From assembly GCA_033763315.1 (NCBI GenBank), contig JANRKS010000009.1:1-64000 (forward strand): a stretch of DNA of 64,000 bases, read 5' to 3'. The position numbers and the translations under genes were made by a program. Positions 63,485 to 64,000 of this stretch are shown one piece after another (position 1 is the stretch's first letter; each line of letters begins with the position of its first letter). The notes under the pieces were generated by a model. The model had not been told where the DNA came from. It ran no database searches and saw only the letters and a program-made list of their open reading frames with translations. Source of the stretch: Deltaproteobacteria bacterium. GTDB taxonomy: Bacteria; Myxococcota_A; Polyangia; Fen-1088.

Positions 63485-63512
63485 TTGCTCGAACTTGATA
63501 ACATGTTAGCAT
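63485..63512 (+). promoter_or_regulatory. Probable TA promoter containing the operator palindrome TAACATGTTA
   Basis: TTGCTC-16 nt-TAGCAT; perfect 10-bp palindrome at 63499-63508; ATG 6 nt after the -10 box (leaderless-like). Confidence 0.5.
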
Positions 63513-63518
63513 AACGAA

Positions 63519-63785
63519 ATGGCAAACACGACAGCCAAGCGCCGCCAGCGGGCCGACGCCCGAAAGGAAAGTGCTGTTGTCGGGATGCGAAAGTACAGGG
63601 AGGCCATGAGGCGCCGCGGCTTTAAGCTTGTTCAGATCTGGGTTCCGGACGTTAAAGCGCCAGGATTTGCCGATGACCTTAAACGACAGTTGCGTGCCCT
63701 CGCGACGCATCCCGATGGTGCCGCCGATGACTTTAGCACCGCAGCGCTGTCCAATGTTTGGGACGATCCTGAATGGAAGGCCTGA
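63519..63785 (+). CDS. MazE-like antitoxin (DUF3018)
   Basis: RKYREAMRRRGFKLVQIWVPDV..PGF; overlaps the toxin gene. Confidence 0.88.
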   Translation: MANTTAKRRQRADARKESAVVGMRKYREAMRRRGFKLVQIWVPDVKAPGFADDLKRQLRALATHPDGAADDFSTAALSNVWDDPEWKA

Positions 63786-64000
63786 GCCGCGGCGACATCG
63801 TGACCGTGGCGCTTCAGGGCACCCACGGTAAACCGAGGCCTGCGGTTATTGTTCAACGCACCGACACGCTCGCCCACACGATGATTGTCATTTGCCCGAT
63901 TACAAGTGAGCTTCGTAAGACCACGCCACTGGTTCGCGTAACTCTAGATCCTTCGCCAAGCAATGGGCTACGGACCGTGTCTCAAGTCATGATCGACCGC
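63773..64000 (+). CDS. mazF: PemK/MazF family toxin (truncated by the window end; not in the ORF track)
   Basis: MEGLSRGDIVTVALQGTHGKPRPAVIVQ...ICPITSEL...PSPSNGLRTVSQVMIDR. Confidence 0.9.
   Translation, partial: MEGLSRGDIVTVALQGTHGKPRPAVIVQRTDTLAHTMIVICPITSELRKTTPLVRVTLDPSPSNGLRTVSQVMIDR

Overview
GC-rich bacterial DNA, most likely Myxococcota (inferred from a DUF1552/DUF1592 pair, Cys-rich and DAG-linker lipoproteins, ECF/TPR modules and multi-HAMP kinases). All family calls come from reading motifs; no database search was run. 1-12 kb: two hybrid histidine kinases, a wHTH-like protein with two DUF5985-like membrane proteins, a Prx5-Grx/disulfide reductase pair, YihY, an LLM monooxygenase and DUF1905. 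About 12-39 kb is a patchwork accessory region. It holds two AAA_14/DUF4143 ATPase genes (one decayed), a Tat-signal enolase, pyruvyltransferase-like protein and sulfatase, many lipoproteins, three intact ECF sigma systems plus one ECF pseudogene, an IS2-like remnant, and three duplicated gene 3' ends (a 59-bp tRNA-fMet att repeat, a 41-bp lipoprotein tail, and a synonymously recoded 13-codon DUF1552 tail). 39-64 kb: RRM protein, tRNA-fMet, DoxX/GGCT/ferredoxin, a D-apiose/apionate catabolic operon with a RuBisCO-like protein and ABC transporter, a solo IS OrfA, RNase H with an extra N-terminal domain, a HEAT-methyltransferase fusion, DUF1552/1592, a flippase, and a MazEF-like module cut by the window end.
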